The notes under the pieces: model-generated
Seen by the model: only the letters and a program-made list of their open reading frames with translations
Databases searched by the model: none
Told to the model about the DNA's origin: nothing
Assembly: GCF_040938485.1 (NCBI RefSeq)
Contig: NW_027271434.1
Span: 1,178,001 to 1,242,000 of the forward strand
Length of the DNA stretch: 64,000 nucleotides
Source: Diadema antillarum
Lineage: Eukaryota
Direction of reading: 5' to 3'
Shown: positions 12,187 to 25,200 of the stretch, one piece after another
How positions within the stretch are numbered: the stretch's first letter is position 1
How the letters are laid out: every line of letters starts with the position of its first letter
Translations under genes and position numbers: made by a program

Positions 12187-15100
12187 CTAACACTCACAGG
12201 TGCACAAGTTTGAGTCACATCCTCCCCCGTAGCCCCGGGGGCAGCTACTGCAAGGCGATCCGCTGATGTAGGGTTTGTTACCATTGAAGTTCCCTCTGCA
12301 AATGGACAATAGAAAAGCACGTTCAAAAAACAAACAAACAAACAAACAAAAACAAACAAACGAACAAACAAACAAAAAACACATTAGACATATATCTTAT
12401 TGTCAAATTTTATCTCACTGCAAAAAGTCAAGTCGAACACACAAAGTCACGATGGTGTCTTTAGGATCGGACCAAAGTGTATAAAAACCATAAGATATGA
12501 AACATTTAAGATGCTTTCGCAAAACTGTGAAATCGGTTACTCTTTAGTAATATGGAAAGTTAAAGTCCCTTTATACGTTCTACGCATATAAATAAGTATT
12601 TAAGGCCCGGTCACACCGCCCGAACTTTGTTGGAGCGTTCATTGAACGGTAGGGAGAGGGGGCCGAATTTCGACAACGCTCGTCACCGCGCACAAAAGGG
12701 GGAAAATATCGAAAACACGGGCGTTGCCTTAGCGGTGCACCACTGAAGCAGACGTTGGTTTAACGGTAGCGAGCGTTGGTTTAGCGGTGACGCGAGCGTT
12801 GATAGAGCGGCGTTCTGCGTATGCGGGCGTTGGCTCGGCGGGGGTTTAAAGTTGGTTTAGCGGCATACCGCTTTTGACTACGGAGCTGAACGGATCGCTT
12901 TGGATAGAAGTTCTGATAGATTTTTGATAGAAGTCGATAGTTGAAGTTCATCATGCCACGTGGACAAAAGAAGAGGAAGGCTTGAGAAGGAAGGCCAGCA
13001 GCCTCCAATCATAGCAAGTCTTTTAGCATCCATGATAGTACAGTTTTACTGTAACTTTGAGCAAATTCGATATAAATGAGGTCTTCACTCAACGGCAGCT
13101 CGATTCCAAATGGGCTCCCGGTCCATTTCTCCCCGTATTTATAGCCAAATTCTGGTCCCGCTCCGACACTTTTGCATACCAACGCCAAACCAAAGTTCTT
13201 CACCGCAAAGGATCGCTGCTTCAACGCCCGACACCGTTCCAGCAATCCCGTGTCCTCTCGTAAAGCGCTTACAACCGCGCCACCAAAGTTTGTGCAACGT
13301 TTAATCACCGCCCGGGCAAAGCTGGCGAAGCAGCGGTGGTCCAGCGTTCAAGATTTCTGCGTTGGCCTAGCGGACCCAAACGTCCACGAACTTGCGTCTA
13401 GCGGTGCCAAACGTTGACTGGGCGTTGTTGGGGCGGTGGTGAACTTTGCCAGAGCGGAAAATTACCCTCTCCTCACCGCTCGCAATATTTTGTGCGGCTC
13501 AAAATTTTCGGAGCGGTAGGAGGGACCATCAGCGGTGGCCGAGCGTATACGGCGTTGCCTTAACGGGGGCCAACTTCTGTTAAACGGTGCTGAACGGTTA
13601 CGAGCGGTGATGATTTTTTTTCACCGCTCCAGGAACGCTCCAGCAAAGTTCTGGCGGTGTGACCGGGCCTTTACATATTCAAAGCATTCATATTCGTGAT
13701 ACACGTAGGCCCTACTAGTATTAGGTTGTGTGATGACAAGTTACTCACCCAGGGCCGTAGTTGCAAACGAGGTAGTCGAAAGGATACGTGACTCCCTTAT
13801 AGTTGTAGGGACATGTGGCCCATCCACACCCTATGAAGGTCGAGTCAGCCCAAACCACCTGCGTAACGGATAGATCAAATTAATCAGAGCTACTTATTTT
13901 GGGAGGATTTTCCCAGACAGGTAACGTAAAATTTGAGAAAAAGCCCCGACAAACACAAACCATTCTAAATTGAAAAATGTTGTGTTGTGTTATGTTGTGT
14001 TGTCCTATTGGCGTACAGTATTAAAACGATAGTAGCCAAAATCAAAAGAGGTTTACACATCTCCAGTGTTTCATGAATAGTATACATTCCTATAGACCTG
14101 CCAGCGCGATATCATGGCCATATCAAAACAACTCTCCACGCCTTGAATTATAGAACAGCACTTGTATTACGCCATCCAGGTGTAGAGGCCTATTCCGATG
14201 CGAAGAGAGACATACAGCTATATAAAGAGAATTACATACATTATGAAAGTGTAAAACAATGGGGATATGTAGAAATATTACTGAGAAGCCAGGTCAAAGT
14301 TTGTTGATGCTTGCAAACAGGGAGCACTGGCCATAATAGAATAAGACCCCCTCTCATGGACATTTCCCTTAATCTGCATAAATGACGGTACTGTAAAGAA
14401 CAATAAACAGACGAACATACAAAATGTACTTCTAACGAACAGGCGAGCGAGCTGCTGTGATCATTGCAACCGGGCCGTGCATACTGGGCGATTATTAAAT
14501 GAGACACGCCCTCTAAATTCTAGACACAACTGATTCGTACTCTGGAACTCATGAAGGGATTTCGGTATGTGAGCTGGGTTTACCTATGTTCGCCAAAATA
14601 CGTCATGATATCAGAGCGGATTTTTTTTTTGAGTCGAGAGAAAGAAGCTAGCTTTGTTTGTTCGTTCATTTCCATCTGAGATGGCTGGATAGCCCATATT
14701 CAGCTACACTAAGCTGGTCTTTCATGGGGTCCAGTTGGATGTGAGGCGGGACCACTTCACCGGGTTAAACACCCTGTTCTTTGCGATGAATGAATGAAGC
14801 GGGATCTTTTTCGTGCATGAGTTGTGACTCTCTCACACACGGGACCTCCATTTTATGTCCTATCCGAGGGACAGATTTGATTCTGTGTATGCATTTTATA
14901 CACACACTCATGCACATGATATCTAGACCTATACAGGGCCCTGTTTCATATAGCTGTTCGTACAGTTACGCAATCGACTGGTAATCAGTTCTTGTGCTGA
15001 ATTACTGAAATTCTGTTAAGTATAGCACATCACAACTGATCACCAGTCGCTCGTAAGTTGTTCGTAAGTTTACGAACAGCTTTATAAAACACCCCTGGTA

Positions 15101-18100
15101 TATTATAATATAATTATATGATATACAAATTATGATATATATCATAAACATATTCAAAATGAATTAGTATTGGTATGTGAGGGAGAGATAGGTGAGAAAG
15201 GTGCTTGGGAGAAAGGATGAGTGTTTCCGTGTTCATTCTTTTCTCGAGCTTGATGGTTAATTCAATGAGATCACACATAATAATTTACCTGCGTGTAATG
15301 ACCGCATACAGCACCAGAAGCGCACGTATTCGATGCGTAGTCGTAGTCGACCTTCTCGTCGTTCCACGAGTCAATGTAGCTAGTCATACTGTAGCCGAAA
15401 CCGTAGGCGATGTTCTGTCCGACCCACCACCACTCGTCCGTTCTCCGGTCCGAAGAATCGTCGTGGCTGAACGTACACTGGTCGGCCCAAGCTTGGGCGG
15501 AGGCCGCCAGCTCCGCGTCCCATCGCTGCATGATAGTAAAGATGGTGATAGATTGTGGAAAAAAAATGACATGAATTACGTTATGAAAAGATATTCTTTT
15601 TAATCTCCTCTTCAAGTTCCTGGGACTGTAATTGTCTTAATTACAATTTGCAACATCCATAAGAAATTATCAGATCGTGACAGTAACAATAGCTGCCGTA
15701 ATGATATCTTATTTTGTAAAACATATTATACAAATATACTTGGCCTTGAGAGTTTCTTGTTAAAAATATGGGCAGAGGTGACTCCAAATTAGTACTATTC
15801 ACTTCGGGGCTGCGCCCCTCAGTGAATAGTACTAGTTTGGAGTCACCGAGGCCCATAGTTTTAACAAGAAACTCGAAACTAGGCAAAGTATATTTGTTTT
15901 ATATTTTGGATCAAAAATTTGAATAAAAAGTGAAAATCATAGGCTTAGCCTAACCCCGGGACGCTCCGTGTACACAGTTACACTGCAACACTGCGTGTTG
16001 GGGTTGGTCGCAGTTAGAATTCGGGACCGGACGTGGACGGACCACGTACACTTGATTGTAGAGAAGGGTGATTGTGACATCATTTTGCAAATAGTATATA
16101 CTATTTGCAAAATGTCGTCATAAAAGTGACGTCATTTTGCAAATAGTACTTCATGGAGTGTCAAACACACCAACACTCTAAAATAGTTCAAAATACCTAT
16201 AATCACGTGAAGCTCTATTAACCAATCAATGGAAGACAAATATTTGATCCAAAATATAATACCATCTAGAGTGGACTCCCGTTTATATATGACGAAGTCC
16301 TCCAGACCGGCAGTTTTCTTTCGTTATATCGAAATTTCGTGATAACGGAACAAATAAATGTAGGTTTTCCCGGCCAATTTCGCACTTTTGTCAGTCCATT
16401 TGATAGAAAGTTCATTTAATTTAGCAAAAATCCTCGTCACTGCACATTCTGTCATTCAAAACTGTAAGCTGTTCGTTCAATATTTAGCATTTCGATCAAT
16501 GAAATTTGCACATGCGCCTTTCGAATTCGTAAAACGGGCATTCAAATTGGCACGTGCTCTTCAGTCATTCAAATTCGCCAGCACTGGCCGAAAAGGGTAT
16601 TTCAGTCATTCAATTTCGCGTATGGGCAGTCAAATTCCAAACATGTTCATTCAAATTAACTTCATGTTATTTCTTCGGACTGGAAGACTCAATAAGCACA
16701 TTGAAGAAAAAAAAAGCTGTTGCTAATATCTCTAAACTGAATACGAAAATATGAAATGTAATGACCGTTGCAAAACAATAAATATGTTGAAAAAAAAATA
16801 ACGACAGAACAAAAGCATAAACATGCGTGCTAAATTGACTGTAAAAGATGTTAAATTGAATGCCCCAAAATGAATTCGAATGAACGAGTGCAGCATGTCC
16901 GCAGGGGCGGATCCAGGAATTCTGTAAAGGGGGGGGGGGGGGGGGGGCGTGACTAATATTTCTGGTGCCACTTCCGGGTTTCATTTCATTTTTTTTCTTT
17001 TTATTTTCTTTGTTTTTAACGAAAATTAAAGGGGGGCGTGCGCCGGTTGCGCCCCCCTCTGGATCCGCCACTGTGTTCGTGATCACGTGACTATATCATT
17101 CTAAATTGAACGAACGAATAACGAAATTGTGCTTGTTTTACGAATATCAATCGAAAAAGGGTTAATTAGAATGAGACTAAAGGTAATTTGAATGCTCCAA
17201 AATGAATTTGAATGAAGAGATCATGAAATTGAAATACCGAACATATATCTACGCTAAATTTTGCTAAATTGAATGCAGCAATTAGGAATTGGACTGACAC
17301 ACGTGCAAAATTGGCCGGGAAAAACTATAATAAAACTACAAAGAGTGGACAATGTTGCAGCCTGAATTTTTACTTCGTTGTAATCGGAATTTAGTTAAAG
17401 TCGTGATCGTTATAACGGGAGTGCATTATATAATGAATTTATCTACGTACGTCGGATGATTATTATGAACGGCCTTTTTATACCTAAAATGCGGCAAACC
17501 TAGGTGCCCAAAGATACCCGATAAAACAGGCCCCTATGAACAATAAAAAAAAAATAGATAAAGTAATCTTGATGGGGTTGTGGTCGCCCCTCGGTTTTTG
17601 ATTCATATGCGTGGGCGAGTGTCTGCCTGTGAGTGCGTGTTTCGAAGAGTGAAATTTATGATCTTCTCACGTTTCTTAGCCTTATATGTATTTCGTCATT
17701 TCTTTTACATTGATGTAAACACGTATCTTTGTATGTTCCGTGAATATAGACGTTTATTACGTGTATTTTATTTTTGATCCAATCTAGATTTTGAAATCCT
17801 TTTCATTTTCCCATTTATAAGCCCTCCATCATAAAACAAGATAACCTAGAGGAATTAGCGAGAACACGTAAACTTTCGCGTTTGTAGCTACATGTATATC
17901 ATTAAAAAAAAATCATGTTGCATCTCAACTGAAATTCGTTAAACATGGAAAAGAAAATCTGTAAGTACATAGAACGTACATCTTGAAAACGGTGTATCGT
18001 TTGTTCTATCATTTGTGCGAACCAAATGTAATCAACCTCACCCTAAATATACATAAATGTAAAAGGTCGGCATGATTACAAGTGGATAAGATTTGAAATA

Positions 18101-18462
18101 TTCAAAACAAATGTACTAAATATCTTTCGAAATTACCATCTGACAAACAAAATAACGAGTATACGCATTATTTCTGGCAGGCGGCAAGAGTGCCATACAC
18201 TTACGAGAGGAACCATATTGGCAGCAGAAGGGCTCACGTCACCGCGGTGACCATTGTGGGTGGCAAGTATCGTCTGCTGGTCTTGCTCGCTCAAACCGTT
18301 GTTTCTCGCTGCTCGCTTCGCTCGCAGGGGGTCCGAATCGAGGAGTTTAGCACGGAACAGCGGGCCAAGGGGTTTCAGTGCCTGGTCCTGGTCGTGTTGG
18401 ACCGGGCTGGCATGGCCGAAGGAGACGGCGACTACCACGAGAAGACACAGTGAGAATTTCAT
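12187..18462 (-). CDS. Secreted CAP/SCP (CRISP/PR-1) superfamily protein, PI16/GLIPR1-like; 3' end uncertain
   Basis: Exons 18462-18205 (signal peptide MKFSLCLLVVVAVSFGHA, RAKR, ILATHNGHR, SAANM), 15525-15289 (RWDAELA, VGQNIAYG, WNDEKVDYDY, VCGHYTQ), 13858-13749 (VVWADSTFIGCG, YLVCNYGP) and 12295-12198 (GNFNGNKPYISGSPCSSCP...CDSNLCT). Junctions are canonical GT-AG with matching phases 0, 0, 2. It either reads through to TAG at 12187 or splices at a GTGAGT donor. Confidence 0.92.
12603..13670. mobile_element. Non-autonomous PIF/Harbinger-like DNA transposon (1068 bp) in a CAP intron
   Basis: ~38-bp TIRs AGGCCCGGTCACACCGCC.GAACTTTG.TGGAGCGTTC (2 mismatches), flanked by TTA on both sides (12600-12602, 13671-13673). 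No transposase ORF. Confidence 0.85.
14650..14876 (-). mobile_element. 5'-truncated SINE, resembling a MetaSINE-type central domain
   Basis: Minus strand reads GTCCCTCGGATAGGACATAAAATGGAGGTCCCGTGTG...CATGCACGAAAAAGATCCC and ends in an AAAC-type tail. No tRNA head seen. The family call is from recalled similarity, not a search. Confidence 0.45.
15730..15897. repeat. Foldback palindrome (MITE-like) centred on GGGGCTGCGCCCC
   Basis: Imperfect arms of ~75 bp, e.g. GAGTTTCTTGTTAAAA...GGTGACTCCAAA.TAGTACTATTCACT and its reverse complement. Confidence 0.75.
16363..17325. mobile_element. TA-flanked TIR element, nested in a decayed CAGTGCACTCCCGTTATAACG-type MITE
   Basis: TIRs G(G/T)TTTTCCCGGCCAATTT.GCAC.T.TGTCAGTCCA with TA on both sides. 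Host remnants are at ~16265-16360 and ~17370-17430. Confidence 0.65.
16902..17073. mobile_element. Short TIR element of the CAG(G/T)GGCGGATCCAG family, probable 6-bp TSD
   Basis: TIRs CAGGGGCGGATCCAG / CTGGATCCGCCACTG; flanks TGTCCG and TGTTCG (1 mismatch). Confidence 0.7.
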
Positions 18463-18514
18463 CTTAATTGGCTAGCGTTTTTTTCTCTCTGTCTTTCGTA
18501 TCCAGAATTCTCTC

Positions 18515-18522
18515 TATTTATA
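18515..18522 (-). promoter_or_regulatory. TATA box of the CAP gene
   Basis: TATAAATA on the minus strand, ~53 nt upstream of the ATG at 18462. Confidence 0.6.
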
Positions 18523-21329
18523 GGCCGAGCACAAGGTGTGTATAGTCCGTGACTTGGATTATCCTTTGGTTAATCTTCGGAGAATACAACGTTTGCACAA
18601 CCACTTACATTTTTGCTACGTCGTAAGCACTTAGGTTTACCAGATGCTTGAATGCTCTCATGTGTGTATAAAAGAGGGTGGGAACGTTAACACATGACAT
18701 GACTTTAAGGCGTATCTGTAGCGATTCGTATCTAAGCTGTGATAACTGTAACTGTATAATTCAGACCAACAATGGATTCTATGAAGAGAGGATCACCACC
18801 AGGCGTGAAGAAGAGAATTAAAACGACCTCGAGAAAGAGATTGAAACGCTGAGATGCGTTCCTTTTTTTATCCTTTCTGGATGAAGATGCGGGGAGGTCT
18901 CGTGAAAACATTTCATAATACACATTGCTGTTTTGGACAGGCGGAGCTTGGATTTTACACTTGATGCAAATATTGGTTGATCACTTTCCTCTCCTGAAAG
19001 AAAATTTCCGATACATGTAATTGCAAACAAAAAGACTCCTTTCAGGTGCCAAAACAGAGATGGACACAGTGACCTATAGTACTAATTATCATCACTTCTG
19101 ACCCATATTGAGCAAGTTTATATAGCGCACTTTAATCACCTGCCCTCATTGAACACACACACACACACACACACACCCTTATGCTGTTATAGGTAGAGAG
19201 ACTGTAGTTTTGCATACATTATATCAGAGGCTATTTTTGAAAGGAAGCTTGCAGTAATTAGCAAGTTGCAATAACCACGTTCATGTACTGCGTCAACTGC
19301 GTCAAATTTTAGTCAACTGAACGTGACAGCTCTTGCTCAGGTAGACGTTTTTAATTGTATAATGATTAAAAACATTATGAAATAGGCACAGTAATGACAC
19401 TATAATAGATGTACTCATAATGACTTTGTATCATGTATTGCCAAAACAGAATCTTTATGAAGTTTGAAAACAAATTGAAAATGATACATACAAATTTATG
19501 TGTACATTTTTGTCGATACATCAATGTAAATCATATCCGTCAGTGAAGAAATGTTGTTTTAATGTATATATNNNNNNNNNNNNNNNNNNNNNNNNNNNNN
19601 NNNNNNNNNNNNNNNNNNNNNNNNNNNNNNNNNNNNNNNNNNNNNNNNNNNNNNNNNNNNNNNNNNNNNNNNNNNNNNNNNNNNNNNNNNNNNNNNNNNG
19701 TTGTTTATTATGAATCTGAAACATCTGTTATGTAAAATACTATGTCAGCTGCATTTCCATCAACATCCGTTACTACATACCAAAAATCAAGGTCTCCCGA
19801 AAACTTGCGTCATTGGTCCAAAGGAGTGTTTTCTATGACTGGACATGGGCAATGGTCAGGACTTGATCAGATCTACAGCATTGTGCACGTACACTGTACA
19901 GGTCATGTTAGAAAATAAAATGCCAAAGACCATTTCCACAATAGATGGTCATGAAGTTTTATTGACCCCGACTTCTTATCCATGGACTATCAAACACATG
20001 CATTAGAGCATGTAAACAAGGAAGATTTTATTGTATGAGTGACTATCTATTGTCTTTGATGGAGCTGGCAAAAGAAAATATATTGTGCCACCACAGTTCT
20101 TGTTGAGCAGGTACAGCGTATAACATGTTCAATTAGTACAAGAGTGAGCTGCATAATGAAAACAACTCTATATGTGCAATGACATAATGTACATATAGAG
20201 TACATGTCGTTAACTTGTGTATACTGAAAGTTCCTTCATTGAGAGGGAAATTCTATCCTGAAATTATGCTGCTTTGTACGAAAACAGAGAAATCAGAGAA
20301 GTAAATCAGTGAAAATTTGGCGGAAAATCAGACACACACACAAAAAAAAATCAGTTGTAGACATTATAGAAAAATGCAAATTGGCATCTATCTGTAATCT
20401 TGTGTTGAGCAGTTTTCCATTTGTTTTGTACACAGTATTTCATTACTTTTTCTCAAATACATGTTTTGGGAGAGACAGAACGTACCCACTGAGGAGGACA
20501 TTAAAAAACACAATACTTATGATGTATGGCATAGATGTACTAAGCAAAGGATGGAAGAAAAATTTTCATGGGAGAAAAATCAACACAACATGGTATTTTT
20601 TTTGGTACAAACCCAATGGAGAGTTGCTCACCACCAACATCACACAGACTTGCCAATGTGTCTTGCTCTTTTAACTTAAACAGTTGGTACATGTTATCTT
20701 TTTGTTTTCCTTGACCTACTTCTAATTTTCGTGGTTTCATTCAAACCAACTATCATGATGGACTTTTCCTTGAAAAAAAAAAAGCAGGTCATTCTGGCAA
20801 AGCATATGTTTCATGCTATCAACAACTACACTTGTAATGATGTATGCATAACCATGGCAACCTTATTTCTGACCCCTTTCAATACATTCTTTTTTCTATA
20901 AATGGGGTTCAGTCTATTTTCAGGAATGGATTTGGAATCATCATTTTCAATAATATGTTGGGCAAGTCAACTCTTTAGTACATTGTGTTCTTGTATGTGC
21001 ACATTACGCACTAAAACACACATACACACACACACACACTGGATAAACATAGCACTCTCCAAATTATAAGCATCTGCACTGGAGTCAAGAGTACACTGAA
21101 CTATTGTTTTTAATATGAACTGTTGTCTCAACACATACAGTGATAGACTGTCTTGTAGACAGATGACATTTCACTATGTTCGAATCGAAATATTAATGTT
21201 TAAACAAGGAAATGTGATAGAGCCAACCACTCACATCATGAAACAAATCTATCTTGTTTGCTGAACGCATGCCATCTGTTTCCAGCTCGCAATATAGATA
21301 TCAACTCTGATGTTGAACCGAATAGTTAA

Positions 21330-21760
21330 AGGGGATGGCTGGTAACTAATCAGTGGGAATGCTGGGGGATGATTGTTCCAATCCTTTTGGGATTAATTCA
21401 AGACTACATTATATATATCTATTGTTGTGTGAAAATTACTTGCTTCAGAATGGTCTCATATTCAAGTAAAGTGCAGTTTAATGTTTCCAGATTAGCATGC
21501 CTGTACAGTGACGGGGCATTCATCTGCACATTACTTGAATATGAGGCCGTTCTGAAACAAGTAATCTTCACACAACAATAGATATATAATGTTCTCTTAA
21601 AAGAATCCAACAAAAATGGGAACAATCATCCCCCAGCATTCCCACTGATTCCCACTGATCAGTTACTAGCCATCCCCTTTAAATGAATCCCACAAGGATT
21701 GGAACAATCATCCCCCAGCATTCCCACTGATTCCCACTGATCAGTTACTAGCCATCCCCT
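21330..21760. mobile_element. Kolobok-like foldback element (TTAA TSD) with a duplicated right terminus
   Basis: TTAA|AGGGGATGGCT... at 21330 and ...AGCCATCCCCT|TTAA at 21678, with arms complementary over ~150 bp. A second copy of the right end follows at 21683-21760, again ending in TTAA. Confidence 0.8.
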
Positions 21761-22236
21761 TTAAACTCATACTGGGTACTCGAGGAAAAAAAAGGGAAGA
21801 TAAATAATGTAAAACATAAACAAGTGTTAGATTAAATTTGTTGCCTTGTGTCATAAGGATTGGGAAATTACACTTGTTAATCAGTGAACAAATTTTCCAG
21901 ACCTGCTGAAAATATGCTGTCATTTGGCATGCTCTAGGTTTTTTTTTTCCCCTCTGGGATAATCCATCTTCCCAATGCATTCGGCCAGTCCAGGGATCTA
22001 GATGATCCAGAGAGGTAATCAGTCCAGCTAATCAATTACGAAGAGGCAACCACTTTATCCATGAAACGCACAACATTATCATTGATCTGCAGGACAGCAG
22101 AACTCAGCAGCACTGTTCACAAAGTCGTGCTTTCACAGCTTCTAAACACTGGTTACCCACGCACAAGAGGGGGCAGCATTCCATCTCCATGGTTACCATA
22201 GATCTTCTGACTTCTGCATTTCCACCAAGCTCAATT

Positions 22237-25200
22237 TCAGCCGTCAACCTGGCTGGCTGAGGGAAGTTTCCGCCTGGCCTTCTGCGCATTTTTCTTCCGC
22301 CTCTTTGCCAGGTATCTCTCCATCTTCCCACTGCTCTTCAGTGCTCGGAACTTCTCAGCAAGCTCAAGCTTACGCTTATCAGCTGCATAAACAAGACATA
22401 AAGACCAACAAAATATTGCAAAATTTCACTCATTGATTTCTGCCCTCAAGAAAAGGCTTGTGACAAAGAAAATTCAGATTCTATCTAAACCACAAACATA
22501 AGCACCTGTATGTTCATGCTAAAATCCACAACTACTCTGAATAGTTTGTAGCACATCTGGCGCCCGATGAGCTTCTGCCAAGATGGATCAACTTGCTACG
22601 TGTATAGTTAACTATCAAACATTGCTAGACACTAAAAAGACAGTACTGAAAAATGAAGACAGTAAATGCCAAATTAGCACTGCAATTCTAAATGGTAGGT
22701 CGGGTAAGGCTTTGAACTTGTAATCATCATCACAGAGTTACATCACTCACGATTCAGGAACAATAATATTATTTTTTCTGAGACATCACTGTACCCATGA
22801 CTGATTGAATACTGTTATCACTCCAAAACAAGTACAGGATTCTCAATGTTATATGACAACAGACAGTAGAGTACGCAGCGTGGTGATTCTGAAAAAAAGA
22901 ATTGCACAGTCAGTACATGCCACTTTGGGCTTGAATCTTTACAGAGAAAACAAAAGTTAGGACTCACATTTCTTGAGAAAGAAGGGTTTCTTCCCTTCTT
23001 TCACCAGATCTTTCTCTTTCTTGACAAGTTTCTTTTCTATGTCCCTGACTTTCTGCTTCTTATTTTTGGCCTTTTCTTCTTGTTCCTGCAAAACAAACAA
23101 AAAGATGACTAAGCAAGCAAACAAACAACAAACATGTCTGTTAACTTGGTATATTTGTGACAAATCGGTGCCATTACCTTCTAGCATTGTTGATGGAGAT
23201 AACATCTAAAACACTTAGCACTTGCATACATCTGTCCAACGGTACAGACCTCTTTGGGTGACATCAAATATTGCACTAAACCATTCAAATATTAATTGTT
23301 GATAAGTTAGATTTTGTGTACAGCAATTTAATACACAACAAGTATGCATCACAAGATAACGAAACCTCCATGTATGCAGTAAGATGATGCTGACAGAGGT
23401 TTTTGGTTTGTTTACATGTTTGTTCTACCTACTGCATTTTGCAAACTGAATCATCTTCATGGAGAACTACAAATTTACTGTAACTTATATGACAACAAAT
23501 GGGGCATGTAACAAAGATATGTGACCCTGCATCACAAACTAACAAACAGTCCCCAGACATGGATTTTTAGTAAAGGGTAGATTCTGAAAGAACAGACTCT
23601 AAGCTTAATAATGATGCACAACTCAATACATATGGACTTTCCTAGCCTATCTTAATAATAGAAAGAAGGTACACACTCTGCAAAAGTATTTACTGAGAAA
23701 AGAGGCTTTGAAGTTTAGGGTCTATTCAAGTACTTAATTTCATTAAGCTGTGCTCTGTGCGATGAATGGAACAAAAAACATAATGTAAAACTCCATAGTC
23801 ACCACAATGAAGGGATTATCTGATTAAGCAGAAATTTGGCAAACTCTGTAAGAACATTCTATTCATGACTACTACTTGTATTAACTTTCATAGCAGTAGC
23901 ATTATCCCTTCAAAGATGATTAGAGTTGAAAGTGAAGAGTATTCAAAGGAACTTTAAAAAGAAAAAAGGACCTCCAGGACATACATACTCACACTATCCA
24001 ACAAAATAAAGTATTCTAGAAAAGTTATATCCCCCCCCCCCCACTATTTCCCATTCTTTTCATGATTCCACACTCTAGAATTACATAAACAAGAATTGCC
24101 CATTAAGAACATATAGAAAACTCAAGATGGACAAGGTTGACCCGTTTCACCTATTTTGAGTCCTCACATGAAATTGGGCTGTGCAACTTTTTGTTGGTTG
24201 TGCAATGTACTGTCAAAACATGTAAAGATGCACTAACTTCAGTACTGTAAAATGAAACGGTTACTATTTTATCTTTGAGGATTTTAGGACATTTTTTTTT
24301 TTTTTTTTTTTTTTTTGGGGGGGGGGGGTGTTTTGTTTTTTGTTTTTTGTTTTTCTTTTGTTGACAGCTTACTTGAAATACTACCATCACAGCAAAATGT
24401 GGTTAATATACATATTTTTGTACTATTGTCCCCCTGAGGTAATAGTAGATTTTAAGCCATATGATTTTTTCAATTTGACATAATCATTTTACAGTCATGG
24501 TTTTCAGGAAGATACTCAAATGGCGTGAAATGAGAGAGAAGGACGGAGGGATCCCAAAATGCCTCACACTCAGAACAAAGTAGGGCATCACTGAGACACC
24601 AGGACTCATGCGTCTGAACATTAAAGAGGAAATCCAGTCCAAAAATAAGTTAGTCTGATAAAAAAAGAGTAAAATCTTACGAGTTCAATGATAAAAATTT
24701 GACTGGAATCGGATGAAAAAATAAGGAAGTTACGACACTTTGAAGTTTTGCTAATTTCTGCCAAACAGTTCTTGTACAGAGGATATGAATATGCAAATGA
24801 GTGAGCTAAACATGTCATTACCTCACAATTCTTCATCAATCGTGGACAAAAAATGATGAAAATTCAATGGTTCTGTCATTGAAGTCTGAAACATGATGTT
24901 ATTCCTGGTTGAATAACTTCAGAATACAATTTAGTAATCAGTTAGACATATACGAGGATTTGAGCCTCAGGCATAATTGCGTTTCAATGAAAAACTGGAA
25001 ATTTCCCAATCTTATGTACAACCTATATATGTGACCCTGCACCTCAAAACAAACAAAAAGTCGCAAGACATGAATTTTTAGTTAAGACCATATTCTGAAA
25101 GAGCAGACTTTAAGCTTTAAAATGACGTATAACTCAAATCAAATGGACTCTCCTAACCTATCTAAATATTGGAAAGAAAGCACAGACTCAGGAAAAGTGT

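Noticed and set aside
12781-13417. Several 60-100-aa ORFs inside the Harbinger-like element
   Set aside because: No DDE transposase or Myb/SANT motifs; expected by chance in GC-richer sequence.
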